Assembly (NCBI GenBank): GCA_050084515.1
Contig: CM114271.1
Location: 32,860,001 to 32,924,000, forward strand
Length of the DNA stretch: 64,000 nucleotides
DNA from: Blasia pusilla
Taxonomy: Eukaryota
Direction: 5' to 3'
Shown piece by piece: positions 36,785-49,117 of this stretch; the stretch's first letter is position 1, and every line of letters starts with the position of its first letter. A program made the translations under genes and the position numbers. The notes under the pieces are model-generated. The model saw only the letters and a list, made by a program, of their open reading frames with translations. It was not told the DNA's origin and did not search any database.

Positions 36785-38060
36785 CTATACACATCTCGGA
36801 CATATCCATCGTCCCGTGGGAACCATATCAAGAGGGGGGGTCAGACATGACATATGTCACCCTCGAGAACAACCATCACATACCAACATGGTGGCTGCAC
36901 CCCTCGCAGATCCGCACAACATACACCTCAAGCCTGCAGGTACCATTGCCAAGCTGGATCCACCGTCTCATCTATGTTCGAAAGATGACATGTCGCACAG
37001 TTGCGCACATGATCCTTCCAAACCATACCATCCTGTCCCTCCAACATAAGGACTCCGGTTGGTAATACCTCGCGCACACGTAGGATCGTGCGCCCTACAG
37101 TGACATCTAGCGTCGTGGGTGCCATCTGCTGTAAATACACGTAATCTCTAGGATGAAACCTCCTAAGCCCTGGACGAGAACCTCCTCCACGAATGGTCGT
37201 GTACCTCAATGTATCTCTATGTTGGGCAATAGCTAAGTTCTCAAAGGCCATAGGCATAACTCTACGAAAAACCTCCGCCCTCTGAGAACATGCTTGTCAA
37301 GATCTAACATCTCCGCCATGTCACGTCGAATCGCTGCAGGTAAATCTGGCTCTCTCCCAAAGAGCAAAAAGTACGGTGAAAATGAAGCAAAAAATGCCTG
37401 CCGACTAAAGCGATAACCCATAGCCAACCATGGCAACTGTAGGTCCCACTCCCTCAACTGTCCTCGTTGCAAGCCATACTTGCGCAATCCTCTCTTCACC
37501 GTTTGTACCACTCTCTCCACCAACCCATCCACCTCAGGATGATCTCTGGACATGGTGCGGTGATCTATCAGCGCCTAATCACACAAGGCTTGAAACTCTC
37601 CCCTGAACTCGGTACCTTGGTCAGTCAACACCTCCGCATATGCACCAAAGTGACTAAGCACACCATCTAGAAATGCATAAGCCGTTCCCTTGCTCGTCTT
37701 GTCTGGTAGTGCCACCAACTCTATCCACTTGGAGAAATACTCCACCATGACCAACACGTACCTATGATGACGCCCCGTCAATGGCAAAAGTCCCGCAAAG
37801 TCTAAACTCCACCGATAATCTAAACCCATAATCGGCAAAGGATGTAACTGCGCAATGGGAGCATCGAAGGATGCTCCCACTCTGTCACATACCATATATC
37901 TGGCCACAAACAGCTGTATCCCAGTATGCATGTCGTGGCACCAATACAGAACCTGGAGTAAGTTGTAAGTACGCTTTACTCCAAAATGTCCCAACTCCTT
38001 ATGGGCATGTCGTAGTACACGTGCTCGTTGGGAAGGATGAGGTACCACTCGTATCCTACC
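36785..38060 (-). pseudogene. DDE integrase with C-terminal PHD finger (degenerate)
   Basis: HHCC-like HAHKELGH...YMVC; catalytic WSLDFAG, LTDQGTEF and GLVERVVQT; then CMLCGSARGAATMLVCDGCSRG*HMSCLTPPLDMVPTGRWICPRC (36788-36925). Confidence 0.9.
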
Positions 38061-38288
38061 ATCTCCCCATACCCAATAAATGTGAGTCCCCTCCCACCTG
38101 AACCTCCTGGCTCTCTATAGGATCCGATCCCGCTCCCTTTCACTTATTGTACTCACTATGACGCCAGTGCGCAAGAACTCCATAACCTCCACGTCGTCAT
38201 GGATATCACGACCACTTGTCACCTCCTCACTAACCTCCGGATCGAAAGACTCATCATCCAACCCCACCATTGGAGTCATCACCTGTGG

Positions 38289-39700
38289 CTAACCTGCCAT
38301 AGTCAACCAACAAAGATAGGCAGATGCATGCCAACCGGGCACCATCTCCTCATCACTCTCTCCGTGCCATCGAGCTACTGTGTCGTCTCTCTGACTCGGA
38401 CATGGGTTACGACTCAACCCATCCGCATCTTGGTTCAGCCGACCTAGCCTATGAACCACCTCAAACTTACACTCCTGTAGTAATAGAGCCCACCTAGCAA
38501 GCTTTCCTGTGAGCTTGTCGGACTCCATCAACCACCTCAACGGCTGATGATCAGTGATAAGTGTGAAAGGGTTGTCGAATAAATAGCACCTGAAATATGC
38601 CACGTCCCACACTGTAGCCAAGCACTCTCCCTCGTAGGAGCTCTACTTTGCCTCTGCAATGTTGTTCGATCGGCTCGCGTAAGCCACAACGAACTCCCTC
38701 TCCTCGTCATCCCTCTGAGTAAGCACTGCTCCTAGACCCAACATGCTCCAATCCGTATGTAACTGGAATGGGCGACCCCTAACCGGTCTTTGTAACATGG
38801 ATGAGGACGTCAACATGTCCTTGAGCTCCTGAAATGCTCGCTCATGATCATCTCCCCACAACCAAACCTATTCAAGTCTCGTCAATAAGGTGAAAGACTT
38901 TGCGATCGCACTAAACCCTTGACATACCGGCGATATAAGTTTGCCAGTCCAAGAAATGCTCGGACTCAACTTACATCTAGAGGGCATGGAATCTGCGCAA
39001 TAGCCTCTATCTTTTTCTGCTGAATGCCTAACCCACTCGCGTATATGGTGTGTCCCAAGTACTCAATCTGCTCCTGAAAGAATCTGCACTTGCTTGGATG
39101 TAACTTCAGTTCATGTAACTGCAATCGCCGAAACACCTCCTCCAAGTGTCGCTCATGCTCCTCAACCATGGATCTGAAGATAAGAATATCATCTATGTAA
39201 CATCGTACAAAATCCAAGCTATCCAGAATCCTATCCATCACTTTGTGAAACTCTACAGGCGCGTTCTTCAACCCAAATGGTAAGAACCGCCACTGATACA
39301 AGCAATCTCTCCCGAACCAATCTATCCCCCATAATGATGTCTTCTCCCCGTCCTCCAACCTGATAGGAAGCTGATGATAGCCAGCACGGAGATCTAAAGT
39401 ACTGAAGATCTTTGCATGCCCTACCGCATCAAAGATCTCCTCAGGAATAGGCATGACGTACCGATCTGACCTCGTCTGTCGGTTGATAGGACGGTAATAT
39501 CCACACATCTGCCTATCCATCCAATTTCCATACATATCCTTCTTCGTCGGCATGATTGTGGCAGATGCATACTCCCCATGTGATAACTCCACAAGTCCTG
39601 CCTCCAACAAGTCCTGACTCCTACTCTGAATCAAGGCTCGCTCCATATCAGAATACTTGTAGGGTCGACGAAAGATCGGCGTATCACTAGCCAACCTCAA
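38289..39700 (-). pseudogene. Reverse transcriptase and RNase H (frameshifted)
   Basis: FSTLDLRAGYHQL, LPFGLKNAP and YIDDILI (RT); FQLHTDWS, VVAYASR and ITDHQPLRWL (RNase H). Confidence 0.95.
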
Positions 39701-39884
39701 TCCGTATACCGGGACCCTTCAACCTACCCAAGTCTCTCATACTGAAGGCAAAGTAAATGACATGCCCTCTCATAAACCCTTAAACTCGCCGTTGCTCTCC
39801 TCCTATCAACTTGAGACCTATCACAAGCTCCCAAGTCTCCATCGTGACCTCACTAGGAGAGGATGCAACCTCCGGCTTTGGTTG

Positions 39885-41264
39885 CTATGTAGCAACCCTA
39901 GCCACCTCCGCAATAGCCACTCTACTTTGACCTCCTACACCATGCTCTGCATCCGAAAAATGAACATGTGCTACTCTAGCCGCCTTCGCACTCTCTGCTC
40001 GAACGACGCCTCTCGCAGCACCCCGAGTCACCACTGCAGCTGACTCAACCAGGGATGCACTACACATAAATCCCATATTGGCGAGATCTTCACCTGAGTC
40101 ATGGTAACAGGTAGAAGGTGGAATCACACTAGCTGCTCGCAACTCCGTGCCTTCCCTAAGCTCCATCATCATCATGGCAGCAATCCTCTGCTCCAACTGT
40201 TCGATGCGTGAGAGAAGTGTCGGCTCTAGTGCTTCTGCTCCATCTCCTCTGGCAGGTGGTAGTCCTCTACCACCACGTCCAGGAATGACTCCCCGACCTC
40301 CTCTAGGACGACCGCCCCCAGGCCCTCGGCCTACCTCTGGACGTGCCCTTTGGCGAAGGTCAAAACATCTATCCATAGTGTGACCATATCTATGCCAATA
40401 GTCACATTGGTGCTGTGGTGGGGCCATCCTCTGTGGCTCCTGAGCAATCGGAGGCGTTGGTGGTCCTCTCCCATGCTGTGGGCAGACTCTCTGCCTATGG
40501 GCTCCTCCACACGTCCAACAAGACCACATCGGTCCCTGCTGGGTAACATATGTAGGTACGAGTCGTTGCCTCATAGGCTCACGGTACCTCAAATACCACC
40601 TTCAATGTGGGCGGTGTTGTGTGAATCAGGACCGCATCTCGGACACTCTTCCGTAGTTCTCGGTCCTAAACCCCGTACCAATACTGGACTGATTGCGCCT
40701 CTGTCACTCCATACGTAGCAATGATCAGCCTCCTCATGCGTGTAAATGCCTCTCTCAGACTCTCACCCGATCGTCGCTGAAAATCCTATAGACTCTTCAG
40801 CTTGTCGGTGCGTACGCCCTGGTAACTCCTCCCCAACTCTCGGAAGAACTCCACTGTGGGGATGAAGCTGGGTGGCCCTCTACCACCAGAGGTCTCTGCC
40901 ACATTGCCTGTCTCACTGCCCTCCTCTCCATCTAGTCATCGGGCTGATGGTGTGGGTCTCTCTCCTCTCACAATCCCATCATATGCCTCGCGACTTCTAG
41001 TGGACACATACCCGGAGCCCAATACATCCTCCAGGCATCGATCTCTATTGAATATAGTGATCAAAACTCCATGTAGTAATCCATCGCAGGACCCTCCAAG
41101 TGCTGGAACAACCCCTTCCATGCCATGAAAGGGTTGAACCGTGCCGGGGTCCATATCTCCTGGAAGTCGCACCACGTATCGAACTTATGGATAAAATCAT
41201 CTAAGTAGATGGTGCCCACTGCACCCGAGAAACAACGCATGCCTCGATGGCCCATGTCGTCCAT
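39885..41264 (-). pseudogene. gag (degenerate) with zinc knuckles
   Basis: Capsid-like FSG...DDFIHKFD, knuckles CWTCGGAHRQRVC and CDYWHRYGHTMDRC, and an RGG-rich tract. Confidence 0.8.
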
Positions 41265-42436
41265 CTCCTTCTAAGTACTACTGTCTCTGTCTACGATCTC
41301 GTCACCAGACCCAGTGTCTAGTGATGACAATCCAACCACGGATGGATGTCGAGGTAACTCCTCATTGGTAACCCCTCAGTGTCTCACTCCTCTTTGTGTC
41401 ACACCACTACTACTGCTTGCACTACCTCGTTCTTCCGAAACCTGGAAGAACGCCGTGATGACAAACCCTGTCTCACCCGCTTAAGCACTCAGACTCACCG
41501 AGAGTCTCCCACACGCCTCACTAGCTCACCTATGCTAACATCAATCCCGTGATGACATACCCGGCCTCATGTACACTCAACACTCAGGCTCACCATGAGC
41601 CTCCCAACTGACTCACCTAACCTAGCGACACTCTCTCGGGTCATACACGCGACCCCTACTCAGCAACCGCCGTATATCCACCAACATGCTACACATGAAC
41701 AAAATCTACACTCGTCACCATTACCGCACCCACCTAGCACCAGCTACTACCCGATACCCAGCACTCTCAATCACACACGACAAGTGCGGGAAAAGGGACT
41801 CGAATGGGTAACTTGATCACTCCCTCCAACCTGCTGCACCGGCAACATGCACTCCCCCAGGTGACACGACAACCTCTGCAACACAACACTCTCCTCTACC
41901 AACACGTCGATCCTCCCGTCAATAGATGCGGACAACCCGTCGGCATCATGCGCACTGCCCCTCCATCGTCAACTCTCGCAACGCCCTGTCGTGCCCAAAA
42001 ACATCATGTCACGCAAACCTCTCCGTCCATTCCCACACGCGGCATGTAACCTGACTCACCCTAGTCGGATCCTAACCATGTCTTCCCTTCCGACTACGTC
42101 CGACTTTACCACGTCTCTCCCGCCAACTATGACACCATGTCGAACTGCGCTGCCACATTCAGCCCCTGCAACTCCACCACATCCACTCGCACTTGGTAGC
42201 CTTGTCACCACGATGACAAGGCTACCAGGGGGGGGGCGCTCCCTACTATTGTCCCCAATCAATCCGCACCAGCAAAATTTGAGAAAAATGGACAGCGCTT
42301 CCGCCCACGGCCTTCCGAACATAAAATTGACAAATACGACGCCAACCAACGTCTCCACGGGCTCCCGACCAAGGCAACTCGCTTGCCTACCTGCAAACAA
42401 CGAATTCCCACTAGCCCCTTGACATCTTTCTCATGT

Positions 42437-42917
42437 AAAAATAAAGAGTAGTCAAAATGGCACACCCGGCCTAAAACTCCACTCCTCAATCTACATCGGC
42501 ATATCGAGTCTCCTCCACCCTGTGCTATCAAGGAATTATGACGCTAGCATCCTAGTCCTATCTCACACACATACAAGAGAGGTGTTCCAACGGCCCAACA
42601 TGAGAAAGATGGCTTAGGAAAGCCATTTTCCTCTCTTATATAGGGTTAGGAAGAGCCAAAAGGCTCTTCCGCTAAAAATAGCCCACTCCTTGGTAACCCT
42701 ACGCGCACAGGTTACCAAGGGTGGGTGACTTGGTCAACAAGTCATCCGGTTGTGGAAGACCTCAACATGAAAGTTATCAGAAACGACGTTCCTGACATAA
42801 TCAACCTATCCTCAACCTCATCCGACATAGTGAGACAAAGTTACACTCAAGATAGTCCGTTGGCTCTTACGCCCTATCTACGATAGATCTCAGCCTATCA
42901 GCTACTCAGATGTGATA
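42437..42917 (-). repeat. 5' terminal repeat (B' only)
   Basis: Roughly 90-95% identical by eye to 36089-36568. It lacks the A segment, and the terminal TG reads TA. Confidence 0.92.
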
Positions 42918-44153
42918 TTCTTCCTTTTGTTTAGGAAACCACATCTTGGTCTACACTTGATAAGTGGAGCACTTGGAACAGGAAAGTCTTACTTCACGGC
43001 AGATTTCTGGAAAAAGAGAGGATTGACAATTACGCTAGTTACAACGATAGGGGTTGTTGCAGTGAGGCTTAATCCTCTCGCTACTACTCTACACTCAGCA
43101 TTCAATATTCTAGTAAAGGGTGATTTGCCATATCTATCATCCACTTTTGATACCTTTCTTCGCATTAAGTCCACACATATTATAATTATTGATGAATGCT
43201 CAATGATGATACCGAAGTTGCCACAAATAGTAGCAATACGTCTAAATGATGTATCGCCCACGTCTAGTCTAAACCCATTTGAGACCAAAGTAGTCATCGT
43301 CCTTGGAGACCTATGTCAACTTCCACCAGTTTGTAGTCACTCTTCTGTCAATTGCTACAAAAGATGCCACATATCATCATCTCCATTATGGGGCATTGTT
43401 ACAAAGTATGATTTGACAACACCATGAGGCATGCTTCGAGTTATGATGTTACATTTGTATATTCCTGAACAACATCCGTAATAGGCTACCCTCATAAGTT
43501 AATAAAGATTTTTGATTGAATGAATGCATAGTAACATCAAATCAAGCCTTAAATCTTATTAATGAGGAGACTATAGTGATATGCTCATAGAGGGTGGACG
43601 TTAAGTTGTTTAACGGTATATGTTGAAGGCATTTTTTTTGGGAGGCTAGTATTATTTATGTTTCAGTGGATTCTGATGCTTCTGATATAGCCATTATACA
43701 ACATTGACTTGATGAAGATATTTTCCATCAGATCCCTTTTTTGGCAATAGGATGTGAGGTGGTATTAACAACAAATCTAAGTGTTAGTATTGAAGCTGCA
43801 AATGGATGCATTGGTGTTGTTAAAGAGATTTTGTTGCATAGTGGCACTATCATGAGTATTGTTCCAATGGAAATTTGGTAAAAGTAAATAGATCAGTTTT
43901 TTAGTTTATGTATACAAAGGACATAGCACGATTCTATAAAAGGACATTCCCAACTATGCTACCTTATGCAATTACAGCACATAAGTCGCAAGGGAGCATA
44001 ATTATTGGCAGGTGCCTTGTAGTGTTGAAAAGTGCATTCACATATAGATTAACATATGTTATGCTATCAAGAGTTTCGTGCAAGGCTAACATGAGAATTT
44101 TAGGAAAGCTAGCACCAACTGGTTTTTTAGTTCATGGTCAACTCTCTAATTAA
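42918..44153 (+). mobile_element. Helitron-like RepHel H2, PIF1-like helicase
   Basis: SGALGTGKS, TLHSAF, IIIDECSM, GDLCQLPPV, ANGCIG, YAITAHKSQG and LTYVMLSRV. Confidence 0.93.
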
Positions 44154-44202
44154 CTTCTTTGAAAAACAACATAACTACACTTTTCCGTTTCCAGATTTTA
44201 GC

Positions 44203-45133
44203 AATGGGCAACAACACGAAGTCACCTGCACGTCCGTTGTATTTTTCTGATGATGAACAAAGTCGTATTCCAATTTCAAATATGTATGGAGCTGATGGGT
44301 TGTGTCAGAATGGAAAATTTAGTACCAAAAGCACTCCAACTTCTACAATTGAAATCCAGGCTGGTACAATGCAACACCTCTCGGCCAATGTGAGGAAATC
44401 ATCAATAGTAGTGTCTTCATCATCACAAGTGAACACTTTTGAATTATTCACACCACTTATTTATGGCTACAGTGCAACCTGTTATACGTTTTAACCTCTA
44501 TGCATGATTTATGTAGAGCCCAACACTCAATGGTGAGTTTGCCAAGTTACTATTATAGGAAATTTCCAAAGACACATAGCGAGTACATGTTGTTTACCCT
44601 CATCCATCTCTGTTACAAATGAGGTATGCTAATAACACGGGCATTCTCCCTCAAATATGGCAGGATGGAATTACAAAAAGAGGTATATTCAAAATGATTG
44701 ATGATAGGAAATCATGGGACGTACTGTTCAAAGAAGAAAAAAATGCACCACTAGCAACAGATATAGATCAAAACTTTATTATTTTATCATTTTTGTTGTA
44801 TGTATTTCCCTAGCAATCTTGTTTATCATTCACTCATTTCTTACAAATGTTTAAAAGGAGGCTTTGATGATGAAAGTCATTCAATTCAACGACCATAAAC
44901 TAACCAAGGCCCAAGCAGCAAAAGAGCTAAGTTCAGTAATATGCAGCATTCGCCTTCCTCAATTAATAGATTTAAGGCATACATTTGTAGTACCAATGGA
45001 CGTAATTGTAGACTTGAGACTAGGTCAAGCATTGATATTGATCAAACAAATGCATGAAGCAAAGAAGAAGGGTTTACTTTTGAATGTACAGCCTGATGTA
45101 CAACCTAGCAATGTTATTAACTTGGATGATTAA
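44203..45133 (+). pseudogene. Multi-exon accessory gene of H2 (best-preserved copy)
   Basis: ATG about 50 bp after the helicase stop. Blocks read YPHPSLLQMRYANNTGILPQIWQDGITKRGIFKMI and ALMMKVIQFNDHKLTKAQAAKELSSVICSIRLPQLIDLRHTFVVPMDVIVDLRLGQALILIKQM, homologous to the H1 and H3 copies. Confidence 0.65.
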
Positions 45134-47271
45134 GAAGATCTTGATCCAGAGGTTAAAGTATAATCAGCACCAAGGTCCGTTGGCGCATCAACAACCTTCC
45201 TATCACCAACAAAGAGGTAGAGAGAGATGTAGTTCCAACATCTCTCATTTAGTTTTTTGAATCTTATTATAAAAACAGACCTGTGCGCCACTATTTCGAT
45301 AAATTATTGATACTATGAGTGGTCAGGTTATCTTTGCTTATCAGTTTCAAGTCGTGTCGTTATTTATAAGATTCATTTTCAATTCAGAGAATTATGGTCT
45401 CTATCCTCGATCAGTTTTAGTTTGCCCACGTAATTAGCAAGAGACAAATTTAGTTAGGAACATCTAATTCTTCTTAATTTAGACAAGTAACATAATGTTA
45501 AGGTATTTTCGATATCGTATCTCTCACTCGTCAGTTGGCAACACTTCATTACTACTATGATTAGTCAAGGATTAATACCGTTCACTTTGAGATAATCCAT
45601 CGATATTAATGGTTCAGATTTGAAATTCTTGGATTTGTACTTTGTCATCATTTCAATCGGTGTATTATATGAATGCTTATCCGTATTTATTTCACTTGTC
45701 GACATCTGCTCGTTCTAAATTTTGCAAAATGTCATGAGTCTGTCATATATGCGTTTCTCACCCGTCAATTAATGCCGATTGAATCCAATCCGTTCAAAAA
45801 TCAGTCGCAACCCTAATTTGTTGTATTTAAGCCTCAGCTCGGCTCTCTGTTGGACTCATTACACTTTTCGCATTGTTTCTATTTGGTGTATGCCCCGCTT
45901 TTCGTTCCCGACTATTTATCTTGCAATCTACCTAGCATTTTGTGTTGGATGGAATCTTCCAACTCCCAGGTTCTTTCCTTTGCATTTTCATTGACTGTGT
46001 TTAGTTTGAAGTTCACAAGTTGTTCCGTTATTAGCATCAGCCTTCTTGTTCATTTCAAAAAATTGGCATGTTCATTAATGATTCATGAAATTATGCAAAG
46101 TCTTGGAGACAAAAATGCAACTGCATCTAAAAAAAAATGTCTTTACAACATCCAACAATCGAATACTTCGCAATTAGAGGCAGTTGAATTGAGTCGCCCT
46201 GCATCGCCTACCACAAGTCTGAATAAGAGACATTGGAAGTCGGATCCTGAGCTCACACAAAGGAGCTTAGTCTTAATATGCAAAAAATTGAGATGAGTCG
46301 AGACGAATTTGATAGACTTGCGGTAGACATCATTGAAATTGACAATGGCTCTCAAAGCACTTCCATCCATGGATTCAGACTTGTCTATCGCTCTTAAGGA
46401 ATTGATAAGACAATTAGGCTTCGACAATAAGTAGCTTACGATTCATCAAACTACACCAATTAGACCTAAAGACAACACATATGTGCAATGCAAACATATT
46501 TGTGCCAACAAATATTTTTATGTCGTGTTAGCTTAGGCGTATCCACCTTTGGTCGATTCAATGATGCAGCTTCGGGTAATTAGCGACCATTTTGGTGACA
46601 AATACTTAGAGTCAACATTTTTGTGAACCTGTAAAGTTTATGTCCAACATCCTGACTATTTCTTCTTTTCATGCATTTGGAAAATGCGTAGAGCTTTATG
46701 TATCATTTTCATTCCGCTGTAGATGAATTTACAGCCCCTAAGTCTATATTTTGATCACAACTCATATGATTGACAACCAAAAGTTCTTATGTTTGAATGA
46801 CACTTACAGTTATTGCACTCGTTTGTTCTTGTCATTTTTGAATCTTTGATTGTTGATTGGTGGTGCATACATTTATAGCACGGCTTTTTTGTTACTCTGA
46901 CCGTGAGACTCATGTTAGTTGCTTTTATGTATATATGTTTTGAATGTTCGCTCCACTCTGGTTCACTCGTAACAGTAGTTGTTCATTTACTACTTAACAG
47001 ATTTCTGCATTTGTTCAATATAATCCTTGTATATCCATGCCATTCTCCATTTTGTCTCTACGCTGCTATATTCTTCTACATGTTCGAACATGTATCGCCT
47101 TCTTCCTCCTCACCTCGGGATAACACAATGTTACTACCTTGATTAGGTTCTACTATAGGCATTGATAGAACTCTTGATACGTTCCCTTAGAATAGTTGGC
47201 CCACATCCTCGATTGGTACCATCGGGTGCTCATTATCTACCTCCTCATAAAAAATAGGTGTTGGAATGTAA

Positions 47272-47395
47272 ACATATGCATCACTCGAAACTTGTACAAC
47301 TCCAATTCGCTCAGAATTTGTAGGCATGTGCTCATATGCACTTGAAACTTGTACAACTTCAATTCGCTCAGGATTTATAAGCATAAGCTCATATG
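47272..47395. repeat. Tandem duplication of about 60 bp
   Basis: CATATGCA...GAAACTTGTACAACT(C/T)CAATTCGCTCAG... twice. Confidence 0.8.
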
Positions 47396-48299
47396 TTTCT
47401 TCATCAAGAGGAATATACGACTCACCATCACTACCTTGCCTCCTCATTTTTTAAATCGTTGGCTCCTACAATTCTCCGCCATGACCTGCAAAATTCCAAA
47501 AAATCATTACATTAAAAGAATTTCACATATAAAAAAAAACAACATAAGAGAGTTTTCAACGTTTTTTTCAACATGAGTATAGGTCCACAAAAAAAAAACT
47601 CTCTTGGCTAATTTCGCTCATTGCTATATTAACCATTTCAATCAAGATGAGGAGAAAGAGTATCCAACATTACATCTCCAACTTCATTACTATCACAATT
47701 ATTATCGATATCCCTATATTCCCTATCAAACATATCACCGACATGCCATCCCTCTAAATCATATAGAGACACGGAACGATACTCTACATCGTCATGTTCT
47801 TCGAGACCAAGGCATACTTCTATGGAGTTTTTTCATTACTATTAAGATTTCCCACAACTTCATGGCGTCTTCCTAATTCCCTAACTTCCTCAACCTCATT
47901 TAAAACATTAGGATGAGGGGACAAAGTAGGCTCCACATGAAATAATTTTATTTTTCTTTGCAAGCAAGACAAAGAAAAATTATGCTCCTCATCTCTCTCT
48001 ACCACATATTCAGGACTCCCAATATCTATAGTTGTATTTGCAATTAAGTGCCTATTGCATCTCAATGAGAGACTTGACATGACACCAATTGCACCATGCG
48101 ATTGTCAGCAATGAAAAAATATTATCAAATTTTCCATAAGACTTCAACCAAGATAAAAATTCAGCCATAATTAGAAAGTAAAACTATAGCAAATTATTAC
48201 ATAAAACCTAACAAAATGATACCAATCACAAATTATTCCCACCCTCTTTCAAAGCATGTCGCTTGGAAACTAAGGACCCTATTATCGAACCCGCTAGAG

Positions 48300-48535
48300 T
48301 AAGTAAAATGGAGGCTACACATGCTAGTGTGACTGAAATTAAGACTATGCGAGTAAAATGGAGACTAAAGGGTAAGTAAAACGGAGTATAAAGATCTTGG
48401 TAAGGTTGTTAAGAGTGAGCGTGTAAAATGGAGGCCTAAACCACCAACATGCCTACGAGGCCTAAACCACCAAAGCCCCTAGCAAGGTTTTTGACAGTGA
48501 ATGCGTAGAATGGAGGCCTAAACCACCAACATGCT
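48300..48535. repeat. Array of short direct repeats (TAAAATGGAGGC / GAGGCCTAAACCACCAA)
   Basis: About six imperfect copies, resembling transposon subterminal repeats. Confidence 0.7.
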
Positions 48536-49117
48536 TGGGCATGCGCTAATCTAGCTTGGCCATAAAATTTCACTCTTGTGCATGAACTTGCAAAACATGT
48601 GGAAACTAGTCCGCGCCATGCCCAATACCTCCTCCTCCGCGTCTGAATTCGTACCCATGACCTGTAGGATGGCACTTGACTATCGTAGCCAACCATCCAA
48701 GACCTTCGCTTTGTCCTAGAAGGGTTGTAATGGGTAAATAGTAACCCATATGGAGAGCGTGAACGAGATGGGAGAGATTGTGCGCAACTTTGTAGAACTA
48801 GAGGATGTGAGAGGCTGGAACTCTAATAAAACATTGATCAAGGAAGATTCGGTTTGGTCACCTTGAGTTTAATCCTTATCGTGTAGGGTACAAATTTTTC
48901 CTTTATTTCAATCATTGTACTATATACATATTCTGCTGAATTTTTCTTTTTTATCTATTTATCTACAAACCCTACATAGATGGCATTATCAAAAGCTAAC
49001 AACCCATTCATATGGGCATTTTGTTGTCTGGTCCGGCTTAAAATTGCATAATTGTTCTCTCTGTATGTGATACACCCTCTATTGGCTCATCAATTGTTAT
49101 GTGTGCGTATGAAATGT

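Larger units (their letters stand above)
35952..42917 (-). mobile_element. Ty3/gypsy-type retrotransposon with split terminal repeats, nested in H2
   Basis: Domain order gag, RT, RNase H, integrase, PHD. Repeats are B' 42437-42917, A' 36571-36704, B 36089-36568 and A 35952-36084. The H2 reading frame resumes on both sides. Confidence 0.93.

Noticed and set aside
35952-42917. Classification as a DIRS/Ngaro tyrosine-recombinase element because of the split repeats
   Set aside because: No tyrosine recombinase (R-H-R-Y) ORF is seen. A clear HHCC/DDE integrase follows RNase H in gypsy order.
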